A stretch of DNA of 64,000 nt, from the NCBI GenBank assembly GCA_951406725.2, contig OX597832.1, forward strand, positions 22,568,001 to 22,632,000. Reading direction: 5' to 3'. The notes under the pieces were generated by a model that did not search any database, was not told where the DNA came from, and saw nothing but the letters and a program-made list of their open reading frames with translations. Origin of the DNA: Octopus vulgaris (Eukaryota). The position numbers were made by a program, and so were the translations under genes. Below are positions 1-13,466 of the stretch, piece by piece (the stretch's first letter is position 1; every line of letters starts with the position of its first letter).

Positions 1-95
1 AAAAAAACATAAAACCCCAACTTTATGAATAGCACGATTGTTACATTGATCGAAGGAAACCGGAAATAGTAATAAGAAGAATATGTGCATATATA

Positions 96-260
96 GGCGC
101 AGGAGTGGCTGTGTGGTAAGTAGCTTGCTAACCAACCACATGGTTCCGGGTTCAGTCCCACTGCGTGGCATCTTGGGCAAGTGTCTTCTGCTATAGCCCC
201 AGGCCGACCAATGCCTTGTGAGTGGATTTGGCAGACGGAAACTGAAAGAAGCCTGTCGTA

Positions 261-314
<54 letters not shown>

Positions 315-477
315 CGCAGGAGTGGCTGTGTGGTAAGTAGCTTGCTAACCAACCACATGGTTCTGGGTTCAGTCCCACTGCGTGGCATCTTGGGCAAGTG
401 TCTTCTGCTATAGCCCCGGGCCGACCAATGCCTTGTGAGTGGATTTGGCAGACGGAAACTGAAAGAAGCCTGTCGTA

Positions 478-523
<46 letters not shown>

Positions 524-686
524 CGCAGGAGTGGCTGTGTGGTAAGTAGCTTGCTAACCAACCACATGGTTCTGGGTTCAGTCCCACTGCGTGGCATCTT
601 GGGCAAGTGTCTTCTGCTATAGCCCCGGGCCGACCAATGCCTTGTGAGTGGATTTGGCAGACGGAAACTGAAAGAAGCCTGTCGTA

Positions 687-726
<40 letters not shown>

Positions 727-889
727 CGCAGGAGTGGCTGTGTGGTAAGTAGCTTGCTAACCAACCACATGGTTCTGGGTTCAGTCCCACTGCGTGGCAT
801 CTTGGGCAAGTGTCTTCTGCTATAGCCCCGGGCCGACCAATGCCTTGTGAGTGGATTTGGCAGACGGAAACTGAAAGAAGCCTGTCGTA

Positions 890-929
<40 letters not shown>

Positions 930-1092
930 CGCAGGAGTGGCTGTGTGGTAAGTAGCTTGCTAACCAACCACATGGTTCCAGGTTCAGTCCCACTGCGTGG
1001 CATCTTGGGCAAGTGTCTTCTGCTATAGCCCCGGGCCGACCAATGCCTTGTGAGTGGATTTGGCAGACGGAAACTGAAAGAAGCCTGTCGTA

Positions 1093-1146
<54 letters not shown>

Positions 1147-1585
1147 CGCAGGAGTGGCTGTGTGGTAAGTAGCTTGCTAACCAACCACATGGTTCCAGGT
1201 TCAGTCCCACTACGTGGCATCTTGGGCAAGTGTCTTCTGCTATAGCCCCGGGCCGACCAATGCCTTGTGAGTGGTTTTAGCAGACGGAAACTGAAAGAAG
1301 CCTGTCGTATATATGTATATATCTATATATATATATATATATGTGTGTGTGCATGTGTTTGTGTGTCTGTGTTTGTCCCCCTAGCATTGCTTGACAACCG
1401 ATGCTGGTGTGTTTACGTCCCCGTAACTTAGCGGTTCGGCAAAAGAGACCGATAGAATAAGTACTGGGCTTACAAAGAATAAGTGCCGGGGTCGATTTGC
1501 TCGACTAAAAAAAAAGGCGGTGCTCCAGCATGGCCGCGGTCAAATGACTGAAACAAGTAAAAAAAAAAAAGAGTAAAAAAAAAAA
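96..1585 (+). repeat. Tandem array of six SINE family A heads (5 truncated plus 1 full-length), units 203-217 bp joined through (TA)n
   Basis: Units start GGCGCAGGAGTGGCTGTGTGGTAAG at 96, 313, 522, 725, 928 and 1145 and are near-identical. Only the last unit continues into the SINE 3' half ending AAACAAGTAAAA. Confidence 0.95.
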
Positions 1586-1989
1586 GACCAATCAACGAGA
1601 TTATCCAGAGAATCTTCAGGCTAGCGGTGTGGAGCAAAGCGATCGGTTATTTTCTGCTTAACATACGTCTTGAATAAATATGAATACGCATTCAGTCAAT
1701 TTTATTGAGTGCGATCCATCTTTCTCTAAATATGTAATTTAAAGGTCAGAGACTCCAGAAGACTTCATTCTTCCCTGACAGATGATAGCGTATAAATTAT
1801 AGCGTAGGTCGATGTTCTTTTGCAATAACATGTAAGACGAGAAGGCGTAACAAAAGAGCTGCCTTGTAAGCATTCGTGTTAAAACAGTGGAGCTCACAGA
1901 ATTCTTTATTCTTTCCTCGCTTCCTCTCCCTACCTCTCTCCCTCTCTCTGTATACATATGTATGTGTGTTTATATATGCAGACAGATAG

Positions 1990-2034
<45 letters not shown>

Positions 2035-2139
2035 TAGAGTAAGAGAGATAGAGATAGACAGACAAACAGATAGATAGATAGATAGAGAGAGAGAGATACA
2101 GATAGAAAAACATATAGGTAGACAGATAGACAGACAGAC

Positions 2140-2216
<77 letters not shown>

Positions 2217-2273
2217 TAGATAGATAGATAGATTGATAGATAGATAGATAGATAGGTAGGCAGATAGACAGAC

Positions 2274-2306
<33 letters not shown>

Positions 2307-2323
2307 TAGATAGATAGATAGAC

Positions 2324-2424
<101 letters not shown>

Positions 2425-2768
2425 TAGATCGATCGCATACACCTTACAATTAATGGCGGAATCTATAGAGATGACACCTCATTAATCTTCGTAAGCAAAA
2501 TAGGCATGTAGTGAATAAGTTACAGGATGATATATTCCTTGAACCACAGCATTACAGTAAATAATGATCTTGAAATGAAATTTTGCATTTAACTTTTATC
2601 CATATAACCAATGACCTAAACATGAGATGGATAACTTAAACAAGACACCTTAGGAACTACCCATCATTTTCTACAAAGAACCTCGGCAATTTTTACATCG
2701 GAATGCCATTTAATAGGTAAGCAAATATATGTTACAATAACACTATAATTTAGCAGTTTCAAATAAAC

Positions 2769-3306
2769 CATTAACTATATAAGAATAACTGCTAATACAC
2801 ATAATAAAAGATTCTAACGACATGGGTATATATTTAGAAGTTTACGAAGATTGTACAGAACACGTGCAACACATATCTGCTTTTTGAGGAATGACGATAT
2901 AACATGCAATCCAACAGGAGTCAGACAAATAATACATGGTTTAATCCGCTATATTTAATAAATGTTGACATACAATGCGCAAAAAACTTTTTTCTATATT
3001 GTAAGAGCCCATTTGCTTCGGAGATAAGCAAATTCCGCTAAATCTCATTAATGATACAGAAGAAAGTTATAAATAATTTGGAACACCAGAATGCAAACAC
3101 CGACAAAAAAAAGACATTTTCACTGTGTATGTCTAATCAACTGTCACTGCTTGAAAATGACAGAAATATATGCAGTTTCTATCGTAAAACAAACGGCATT
3201 AAATATATAAGAATAACTGCTAATACACATAAGAAAAGATTCTAACGATATGGGTATACGTTTAGAAGATTACAAAGATTGTACAGAACACGAGCAACAC
3301 TATCTG
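2769..3306 (+). repeat. Local ~110 bp direct duplication (2769-2879 and 3197-3306)
   Basis: ATATAAGAATAACTGCTAATACACATAA...GATTGTACAGAACACG occurs twice with a few substitutions. Confidence 0.85.
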
Positions 3307-3669
3307 TGTTCTGGTTACCCCTTGAAGTCGCACTCAAGATAAATCTCCTCTTGCACTTGCATGCGTAGATATTTGCTTTAATAGCACAACGGCATAACAG
3401 CGAGGGCAAACATTTAAATAAGAAATTGTCTATTCCGTTTTCAAATAATATTTCGTAACGTATATAGCAATAATATTGATAAGGTACGTGTCACGTACAG
3501 GAGTCGATAAAATCAGCTAACCCAACTATCTTCAAAACTGCTGAAAATGTGCTAAAATCAGAAATCATTCTCTCCCTTTTAGGTCAAGAAAGAGCATGAT
3601 TTATGTTAATCCCCCCACTAAAACTTGTTGCCTTTGTCCCTAATCAGATATCATTATTATTATTATTAC

Positions 3670-3756
<87 letters not shown>

Positions 3757-3763
3757 CATTATT

Positions 3764-4320
3764 GAGTGAGAGAGTAGTGCATGCCATCAAAGTGACACTG
3801 GGGTAAAATATATGAAGCCCAGTACACCCATCATGACTACCAGTCTGATAGGGGTATACCAGGCACATGCATCACAACCATATGTGCGCGACATGGTGAT
3901 CTCATATCAAGATAAACAGCGCATGACCTTGCAGGTGAGACCCAGTTAGAATTTTCTTCTGGTCGAGTAGCCCATCCTGCTCAAAAGGTCCCTGAATAAG
4001 GGTTGTTTAAGGATGTTGAAAGAACCACCCATGTTTCCAAAGGTGAATTATCCAAATCCCAAAGAATTCCTCTCAACACATGGCTATGATGATCCCCCAC
4101 TACTTCTGCTCGTGATCAGAGATGCACATATCGTCAGCCACTAAGGGACATGCTCAACTGGTTAAGGTCAAACAACTGAGAAGCAAATCTGTGGTATTGA
4201 GCAGAATATTTGCTGTAGCCCATCTTTTATACCAAGACAAAACAATGTACATGATAACATTTCCAATCAGTTAAGATCAGAACCCACGAGAGCCACTGCC
4301 TGATACTTCATCAGGGCATT
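3764..4320 (-). mobile_element. Non-coding interspersed repeat (family E) inserted in (TAA)n; probable non-LTR retroelement 3' region or SINE
   Basis: Flanked on both sides by (TTA)n. The same terminus GAGTGAGAGAG(T/C)AGTGCATGCCATCAAAGTGACACTGGGG recurs at 53841, and an internal fragment lies near 19520-19630. Confidence 0.75.
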
Positions 4321-4370
4321 TATTATTATTATTATTATCATTATTATTATTGTTGTTGCTGTTGATGTTA

Positions 4371-4552
4371 AGGCGGTGAACTGACAGAATGGTTAGCAGG
4401 TCAGGCAAAAAATCTCGGCGGCATTTCATCTGTCTTTACGTTTTGAGTTCAAATTCCGCCGCTGAGAACGACTTTGCTTTTTATCATTTAAGGGTAGATA
4501 AAATAAGTACCAGTAGCACACTTGGGTCGATGTTATAGACTAGCCCCCTCCC
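4371..4552 (+). mobile_element. tRNA-derived SINE family B (GGCGGCGAGCTGGCAGAA... head)
   Basis: B-box-like GAGTTCAAATTCC and shared body GACTTTGC.TTT.ATC...GATAAAATAAGTACCAG; many copies in the window. Confidence 0.8.
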
Positions 4553-4559
4553 GAAGGAG

Positions 4560-5030
4560 AAATGAAGAAATATATAATGATGATGAAGAAAAGGAAGAAA
4601 AGAAGAAAGAGGAGGTGGGGGAGGAGGGGATGAAGAAAAATGAGGAGAGAAAGAAGAAAAAGAGGATGGTGATGATCAAGAAGAAGAAGAAGAAGAAGGA
4701 CAGCAACAGCAACGAAAACAAAAACAACAAAAACAAGAAGAAGAAAAGAAGAAGAAGAAGATGATGATGATGAAGAAGAAGAAGATGATGATGATGAAGA
4801 AGAAGAAGAAGAAGAAGAAGAAGAAGAAGAAGAAGAAGAAGAAGAAGAAGAAGAAGAAGAAGAAGAAGAAGAAGAAGAAGAAGAAGAAGAAGAAGAAAGA
4901 AAGAAGGGAGGGAGGGAGGAAAGAAAGAAGGAAGGAAGGAAGGAAGGAAAGAAAGAAGGAAGGAAAGAAAGAAAGAAAGAAAGAAGGAAAGAAAGAATGA
5001 AAGAAAGAAAGAAAGAAAAAAAGAAAAGGC
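4560..5030. repeat. Purine-rich compound microsatellite (GAA)n/(GAT)n/(GAAA)n
   Basis: Direct reading. Confidence 0.95.
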
Positions 5031-5335
5031 ATAAAGTGCAAGTATAAATCATTTGGTTCGATAATGGAATATCATTAAAAAGCCAACGCTAGCGAATCCT
5101 GAATGCCTTACAATTGTTTATCTGTGATGAACAACTGTAAGGCGCCGAGGATTGGTAGCTTTGGTTATTCAGGTGTGGAAAATAGAATTAATGTTTAGTT
5201 TGAGAAAATGGCGGAGAAAGATGAAGGCAATGATGTGTGAAAGCGAGTTTGGAATGGTCATTAGGAGCAGTTGGATACAAAGTGTGTAATCTAAGTACAA
5301 CCGCACCTTACGGCATGTGTGTTTGTATGCCTGTG

Positions 5336-5381
<46 letters not shown>

Positions 5382-5997
5382 AAGAGAGAGAGAGAGATAA
5401 TGATGCTATTAAACAAATAACACCGTTTGGGCTAGATTTCGTAGTGTAAGATCAAATCATTCGAGCGCTAAGAGTGTTCTATATATAGAGCATTACTGGA
5501 ATTCATCTGTTGACTCTCTCTGCTTTTCTCTCTCTCTCTCCCCATATACGCACACACACATATATATACATGTATAATGGCTAATAACGTCCGAGTAAAT
5601 AATGTCTATGACACGCAAAAGCCCTGAAATTTTTGCCAGAACGGGACAGTCGATTACATCGAACCCTGTACTCAACTGTTACCTATTTTATTGACCCCGA
5701 AGGGATGACAGGCAAAGTCGACCTCGGGATGTTCAAGCCAGAACGTAAAAACAGAGTTTGAGGATTCTGTTATTTTGCCGCCTTCAACGCCGCCCGAGTA
5801 AGTGAAATGGCTAGATATATATACAAGATGGCGCAAAAGAAAACACGTACAATACTCATTATTTTTATCAAAATATTTATAAGTTACGATAAAAGTATTA
5901 TTCTAGTTATGATAAATGTATTATGATGATTAATGACACTGAAAATATCAAAAATGAGGCTAACTTATTTAATGTATCAATAACATTAATGAAACTA

Positions 5998-6490
5998 GTT
6001 GAGTTCAAATTCTGCTGAGGTCGACTTTACTTTCACCCTTTCGGGGTCGATAAAATAAGTACCAGTTACGCATTGGGGGCTGATGAAATCGACTACCCAC
6101 ATCCCCCAAATTTAGGGTTTTTGCCTATAGTAGAAAAGAAAAATTTTAGAAGGCGGCGCGTCGGGCGAAATGCTTAGCGGTATTTTGTCTGCTGTTACGT
6201 TCTGAGTTCAAATTTCGCCGAGGTCGACTTTGCCTTTCATCCTTTCAGGGTCGATAAATTATTTACCAGTTACGCACTGGGAGTCGATATAATCGACTTA
6301 ATCCGTTTGTCTGTCCTTGTTTGCCCTCTCTGTATTTAGCCCCTTGTGGGTAGTAAAGAAATAGGTATTTCGTCTGTCTTTACGTTCTGAGTTTAAATTC
6401 CGTTGCCTTTCATCATTTCAGGGATCGATTTAATCGATTGGCCCCGCTCCAAAAATTTTGGGCCTTGTGCCTAGAGTAGAAAAGAATAAT
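5998..6490 (+). mobile_element. SINE family B cluster including a dimeric copy
   Basis: Three GAGTT(C/T)AAATT...TTTCA.C.TTTC.GGG cores in tandem. Confidence 0.8.
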
Positions 6491-6759
6491 TTTAATGAAT
6501 TAAGTATTATAACATTCATGTGATACTGTATACCTACTTTGGCAAATTCTGTATATAAATGACAGTCGTAACCACATTTTGTAGTTCAGATGTTTGATTC
6601 GTAAACAAGTGGTAGCAGGTTCAATATTAATATGCGCTACAATGAAATGTAATTTTTACCCTGTATTGACCAGATAAATATAACTGTTTACACACCACAC
6701 ACACAGAGAGAAACACGCTCACACACAAACACGTATATATATTCTTGTGTGTTTTTTTT

Positions 6760-6997
6760 ATTGTGTCATACTGGGGCACTGTTTCAAAGTATTTAAGTCG
6801 AATAGATGGACCCAATCACTTCTTCGTTTTGTAAAGCCTGGTACTTATTCTATCGGGCTCTTTTGCCGAACCACTACGCCACGAGGATGTAAACACACCA
6901 ACATCGTTTGTCAAGCGGCGGCGGGTGGGCGAACACAGGTACAAACACAGACACACAGACACACAACACAAATACACAGGCACAGACACACACATGA

Positions 6998-7072
<75 letters not shown>

Positions 7073-7232
7073 TATATATATGCGTATATACACGACCAGC
7101 TTCTTTCAGTTTCCGTCTACTAACTCCACTCACAAGGCTTTGGTCAGTCTGAGGCTATAGTAGATCGTCCAAAGTGCTACGCTGTGAGACTGAACCCGGT
7201 ACCATGTATTTGGGAAGCAAGCTTCTTACACA
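6760..7232 (-). mobile_element. SINE family A, diverged near full-length copy
   Basis: Reverse complement of the 1145-1585 element, with internal (CA)n/(TA)n. Confidence 0.85.
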
Positions 7233-7696
7233 CACACACACACACGAATGCATATACACATTTGTATCAGTACATATGAGTATACTTTATATAACGATAT
7301 AATTTATGTTATACCTTTATGTATAAACACACATGGATACACAACTATACTGATATTCACGAATACATCGCGATACGAGAAAACCACCGAAGTGACTGAA
7401 ACAACACATTAGATATAACACGACGACACTCCAATGAGTTTCGCAATAAATCTGTCTGAAATATGATATTACAAATGTCTACTTGTCGTATAACAGTATT
7501 ATTCAACACCCGAGAGTATCTCATTTGCTTCACTCCTAATTACTCTGGCACACAACGGTGCTGGATTGGACAATAGTGCAGAGCCAGTAATTCAAGAAAG
7601 ACAATGGGTAAACGGACATGTAGTTCTCTCGGTGGGATAATAGGTATTTTGCTAAGGCTTTGTATGCACAAATTATTAGTTTGTAATAGTGATTTG

Positions 7697-7822
<126 letters not shown>

Positions 7823-7987
7823 TATATACGTATATATATATATATATGTAAATATATATAAATATATATGTACGTATATATATAAATATAGAGATATATA
7901 TAAATATATATGTGCGTAGGTGTATATATATATATAGAGAGAGAGAGATGGATATATATATATATACTATATATGTATATATTATCC

Positions 7988-8021
<34 letters not shown>

Positions 8022-8024
8022 ACG

Positions 8025-8151
<127 letters not shown>

Positions 8152-8489
8152 TTATATCCCTGAGTCTCTAATCTAATCCGAAATGTGTTCATTTCCATAT
8201 TTCTATACAAACTGACATAAATGTATGCATCTGTGTGTATGTAATGTATTTATCTATATATGTATGCATATGTCTGTTCCTCATCATCTCGCTCTCTCTC
8301 TCTCTCTCCCTCTCACTCCCTATCTCTATTTCCCTATAATTATATAAATAAGTGTATATACATATGCATACAAACGTATTCATATGATGTGCGTAATTAC
8401 GTATATACATACATAATTATAAATGCATATATACGTAATTATGCACACACACATATACGCACGCGTACCCCCACACATGAAGATAAGTG

Positions 8490-8546
<57 letters not shown>

Positions 8547-8762
8547 GCTCAACAATCAGTTGGTATACATACGCAAACAAATTCATGTATATACACACAC
8601 ATGTGTGGATGATAGCAACACGTACATAGAGAGATAGATACATAATTACAAACAAATGTTACCCACATGAGCAAATTACATGTACGAAGTCAACCGATGA
8701 AATTCATGGTCAGAAGAATCATATATTACCTAAAAATATAGATTCATTCATATGTACACAAT

Positions 8763-8927
8763 GACACGGGTGTGGCTGTGTGGTAAGAAGTTTGATTCCC
8801 AGCGACATTGTTCCAGGTTCAGTCCCACTGCGTGTCACCTTGGGCAAATGTTTTCTACTATAGGATCAGGCCGACCATAGTCTTGTGAGTGGATTCGGTA
8901 GACGGAAACTGAAAGAAGCCCGTCGTA
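8763..8927 (+). mobile_element. SINE family A head
   Basis: GTGGCTGTGTGGTAAG...GGTTCAGTCCCACTGCG...GACGGAAACTGAAAGAAGCCCGTCG. Confidence 0.85.
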
Positions 8928-8955
8928 AGTATACACAAACGTACGTATGTATATA

Positions 8956-9522
8956 CACTTGCGTCGGAAATTAATTAGCACTTCTCAAATTTCTACATTT
9001 TCTTACATTTTCTTAATTTAATTAACTTATTATCAGAAACGAACTCGTTTTTAATCAAAAATTTATTAAAACATATCCCAGCACACCACATAATTGTTAT
9101 TAATCGTGAAATTTAGTCAATATCTTGTTGCTCCTCCTTTGACAGCAATGACAGCTGCTACGCGGGTCGGCATGCTGTCTATGAGTGCCTACAGGTACTG
9201 TGCAGGGATGGCCCCTCATGCAGCAAGAAGTGCCCCAAACAGCTCGTGTCGGTTCCTGTATTGCTGCACATTCAAATCCCTACCCAATCGACTCCAGAGG
9301 TTCTCAATAGGGTTCAGGTCAGGTGACTGGCCAGCACGTACTCCTCGCCACCAAAGAGGTATCCCGTACTATCTCAACGTACTTTGCTGCGTTGATGTTG
9401 CCTTCGACGGCATAGAGCCGCCCAACACCACTGTAGCTGAACGCCCCTCACACCATCAGACCACCCCCACCATGCTTCATGGTGAGCAAATCAAGGGTGC
9501 TAATTAATTTCTGACGGTAGTG
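8956..9522 (-). mobile_element. Internally deleted Tc1-family DNA transposon with both TIRs and TA target duplication
   Basis: 26 bp imperfect TIRs CACTTGCGTCGGAAATTAATTAGCAC / GTGCTAATTAATTTCTGACGGTAGTG flanked by TA. The minus strand encodes KHGGGGLMV, SPDLNPIENLW and SMPTRVAAVIAVKGGATRY with stops and frameshifts. Confidence 0.92.
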
Positions 9523-10912
9523 TATGGATCGCGTGGCTTAGTTGTGAGGATGTTGCACTCATGATTGTCGGATTGTAGTTTCGATTCTTGGACAGGGCCA
9601 TGCCTTGAGCTCTTGTGCAGAGCACTTCAGTACATGTTGTTCCAATCTGAAAACTAAGTAACCCTTCGACGACCCAGCGCCACGTCCGGGTGGGTAGTAA
9701 ATATGTCACAAATTTCTGGAAACCAGCCTTAAGAACTTACACCTCGGGTAATAGCTGTGGTCCTTGCTTTTAATTTTTAAAGCATGTGTACCGCTTATAT
9801 CACCGTCGATCGGCAATGGCGATTCTGTTTACGATCTTCTGAGAAACCAACACCTGCATCAACGCGCAAGTAGCTGAGTATTCCGCAGGCATGTGTAAAT
9901 TTAACGTACAACACAGATTGAATTAGCGTGACAAGATGTTACTACCTGACAGTTTTCAGTAGACTTAATCCTCTGTCTATCTTATCTCCCAACTCATCGG
10001 TATATATAGGCTATAAAAAATGACGTTTCTGCATTATTCTACGCATTGAAATCGTATTCAGTATCCCCGTGGTTGCGAACTAAATTTCTTAACCATACGT
10101 CGGGAAGGCGTATCACCCAGCCGATAGTGTACTATGTACTAGATTACAAACTCCTAAGTTTAGATCCCAAATCAGATCGGGTACCGTTATGAAAGGCACA
10201 TCATACCAAGTTGCTCCGGTCCATCTGATGAGAGACTAGATGATATATACATACATGCATACATACATATATACATGAATACATATATAGCAACAACCGC
10301 CTAGTTCAATGGGCCATGACACTACAAAACTTGATTTTAAAATGCCTTAGCAGACCGTATCAGGTGGTGTTATTAAGTTGCACATGGCCTGGGCCAGTCT
10401 TTAAGTGCAAAAATATCCAATTTCTATAAGTTATCTAAGTTATACACACACAAAAACACACACATACGCAAACACACACACACACACATAGATATATGCA
10501 TACACACACACACACATATACACACACACATATATATATAATATATTTCCAAAAATGGTTTCGAAGGATATGTAATCCTGGCGGTTACTGCGTTGTCTCA
10601 TATCGGTTCTCAATGGCGGCTAGCCACAGCGAATGCTGGTGAAACTGAAGTTGGTGTAAATTAACCAGACTCGGTAATTACCTTCGCTTTCTGAATCTGA
10701 ATGTCCTTTTAGAGACTGCATAGATTCCATTGAGAAAATAATGAGATTAATGAAGATGAGGAGAACGGAGATTCGTAAATCCAATTTTATTATGCTATCA
10801 TTTCCATGTTTGTTTTCTGAGAGAAGCAAGATGTAAATAACTACATAAGGAAATTGGGTTCGAAATTTTTCATTCTCCTCATCTACATTAACATATATAT
10901 ATATATACATGG

Positions 10913-11228
10913 TGGAGGGGCAATCGCCCAGTGGTTAGGGCAGCGGACTCGCGGTTGTAGGATCGCGGTTTCGCTTCCCAGACCCGGCGTTGTGAGTGTT
11001 TACTGAGCGAAAACACCTAAAGCTCCACGAGTCTCCGGCAGGAGGGTGGGTGGAGATCCCTGCTGTGCTCTTTCGCCACAACTTCCTCCCAATCGTCTCT
11101 TCCGTGGCCTGCTCGCTTAGCCAGCGGGATGGCGTCAATTGAAGGCTAAAATAATGCGAGGCGCATTGTAACCAGCGATGTGTAGCAACATCTGATAGCC
11201 TGGTAGGTCACGGTGATCACGGTGATAA
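10913..11228 (+). mobile_element. tRNA-derived SINE family C, tail type 1
   Basis: Head CCCAGTGGTTAGGGCAGCGGACTCGCGG...GGTTTCG.TTCCC with A/B boxes. It ends in (CACGGTGAT)2, and the same tail is at 58654. Confidence 0.85.
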
Positions 11229-11702
11229 CCAAATGTGTGTTTTAAATTATGAATTAAATGCTGTTCTACTGCTGTAAACATTATCGACCGCACGTTCTCC
11301 ATATATGTGATTTGCATGTCCGCTAGTGGCCTCGGTACAGCGCTCTATGACTTTCCCGTCTTTTAACAGCCGCAGCTATAAGAGAGCTGTCCCCATAGCG
11401 CTATGCTGCAGCAAACCAGCGAACAAACGAAACAAACACTCACACACACACAAGATTACGCTTAGGCCTTGCAATACTAACAACCTGGTGTTAGAACTTA
11501 ATACATATGCTTCAGAATATAGCGCTAGTCGTATACAGAGGGTAATATGAAATTAAAGAAAAGACAAAGGAACAGGTCTTATTGTACATAATTCACTTCA
11601 TTAATTTACTGCTATTCCTCTATAAGATGCAGAGCAACCAGACCTGAACGCTTGTGCATCAGTTTATAGCTTCCTCAAAGCCTCTAAAATGAATCATATA
11701 TA

Positions 11703-11893
11703 CAGGGTGCGGTGAATAAATTGTCGTCTAAATTACGCAAAAATGAAAATAATACTGATATCTCATTTTAACAGATGTTTTTATCAAAATTACATAAAAA
11801 TATATTGAAATACTAAAGAGTAAATTTACTCAATAAAATTGCCATTAGCTTCAACCACAGCCTCCAGAAAACTTTGGAATATCCTGTAACTCT
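11703..11893 (-). mobile_element. 3' end and TIR of DD37D (maT) transposon, interrupted by a palindromic element
   Basis: TA-CAGGGTGCGGTGAATAAATTGTCGTCTAAATTACGC is the reverse complement of the terminus at ~50545-50577. It encodes LEAVVEANGNFIE on the minus strand. Confidence 0.85.
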
Positions 11894-12151
11894 TCTGTAA
11901 ATATAATGTGACAATTATTCGGTAGCCGTGATAAAACTCAGAGTTTCGGATGTCGGGGCGGAAACACACACCGCCATCTCTTCAGTTATCCGGCCATCGA
12001 AAAAGTGCTCACACATAACCATTTTTTTGACGGAGCATTTTTTCGGTGGCCGGATAACTGAAAAGATGGCGGCGCAGGCTTCCGCCTCGACATCTGAATC
12101 TCAGAGTTTTATCATGGCTACCGAATAATTGACACATATTATATTTACAGA
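11894..12151. mobile_element. ~258 bp foldback element with one hammerhead-like motif in each arm
   Basis: Arms of ~117 bp (11894-12010 and 12033-12151) are imperfect reverse complements. Confidence 0.88.
11930..11990 (-). ncRNA. Type I hammerhead ribozyme candidate
   Basis: GATAA-CTGAAGA-GATG.GCGG..CCGC..CATC.C-GAAAC-TCTGA-GTT-TTATC. Stem I is GATAA/TTATC, stem III is near-palindromic and the triplet is GUU. Confidence 0.65.
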
Positions 12152-12297
12152 TATAAATTCCTCTATTTACATAATATCGAGGTCTCTTTCATTCTTTTGT
12201 TGTCTTACCATTTCTATCAATACATACATACACACATACATACATACATACATACATACATACATACATACATACATACATACATACATACATACAT

Positions 12298-12328
<31 letters not shown>

Positions 12329-13240
12329 CATTCTGTTGTGTCTGGGGAGAGTCATTTTCTTTTTGTACCTTATAATGTAACACACTCACCTGTAAAATTT
12401 CCACTTATTTCTTATTTTTATTTTCCTAAAATTTTTGTTGCGTCTTGCAGACACAACAAAGTATACTTCAACACACGAACTCATATAAAGAATCTTGCAA
12501 ACCAAATCCAATATATCTAACTGAATATGAGTATGTATGTGTGTGTAAGCTTAACTGATTTGTCTGTGTCTTTCCAGGAAAGACAAGTATTTAGAACGAC
12601 TCTGAAAAATAGCCACTGTGATTAAAATGCATGCCTTTTTGCCCAGGATCGAAGAACGAAGATCAGTTCAACCAGTTTCGTGAATTCTTATCACTTCGTC
12701 AGTTAAACACTAAAGTATTTTCCCTAAAATCAGTGACAATAACAGCGCAAAGCTACACGTAATATACACAAACTTGGATATAACAATGATCTGCCTCTAG
12801 ATTCAGTGAAACAAAAAATGAGTTGAAACGCTCTACTCATTCAGAAAAAAAGCGTAAATGAGAGATAAACCTATGGGTAATTGTCTGCAGTAAACGACCT
12901 TTTAAAACTTAGTTGAATGAATTACATATTACAAGGAAAACATGTGAAGCTTAGTACACATCTTTAAGTTTATGATGTATCTGTCTTTCACCTGAAATCG
13001 AGTAGTTCCATGACTTTATTAAATGCTCTCCTAACCCGTGTACTGTTATGCTGGTTAAGGCAAAATCTTTTTGTTATATCCGAGATTGTGTGTCTTACAA
13101 ACAGCTGTGATATATACTGCTTTTCCATTGCTTACGAAGTGAGCAACCGGTTATCGTTGATAAATGATGATTGCATTGGTGTGTTCCATGATGAGGTCAG
13201 ACGCACTTTGGCAATTTCGTCATCTACATAGGTACGTATG

Positions 13241-13280
<40 letters not shown>

Positions 13281-13373
13281 GTGATAAAGATGTATGTGTG
13301 TGTGCATGGATGTATATACATAGATATATATGCATAGTACATGCGTATATTTATATGTATGTATGTATGTGTG

Positions 13374-13466
<93 letters not shown>

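Noticed and set aside
96-1310. CRISPR-like array appearance
   Set aside because: Repeats are ~165 bp SINE heads and the spacers are (TA)n. The context is eukaryotic with no cas genes.
4250-4318. Hammerhead in family E (minus: CCCTGATGA...GAAATGTTA)
   Set aside because: No stem II closing pair and no stem I complement; probably chance.
12334-12458. 11 bp inverted termini (TGTTGTGTCTG/CAGACACAACA) and a minus-strand CAG|GTGAGT donor
   Set aside because: Single occurrence, no TSD and no GPCR-like reading frame upstream of the donor.
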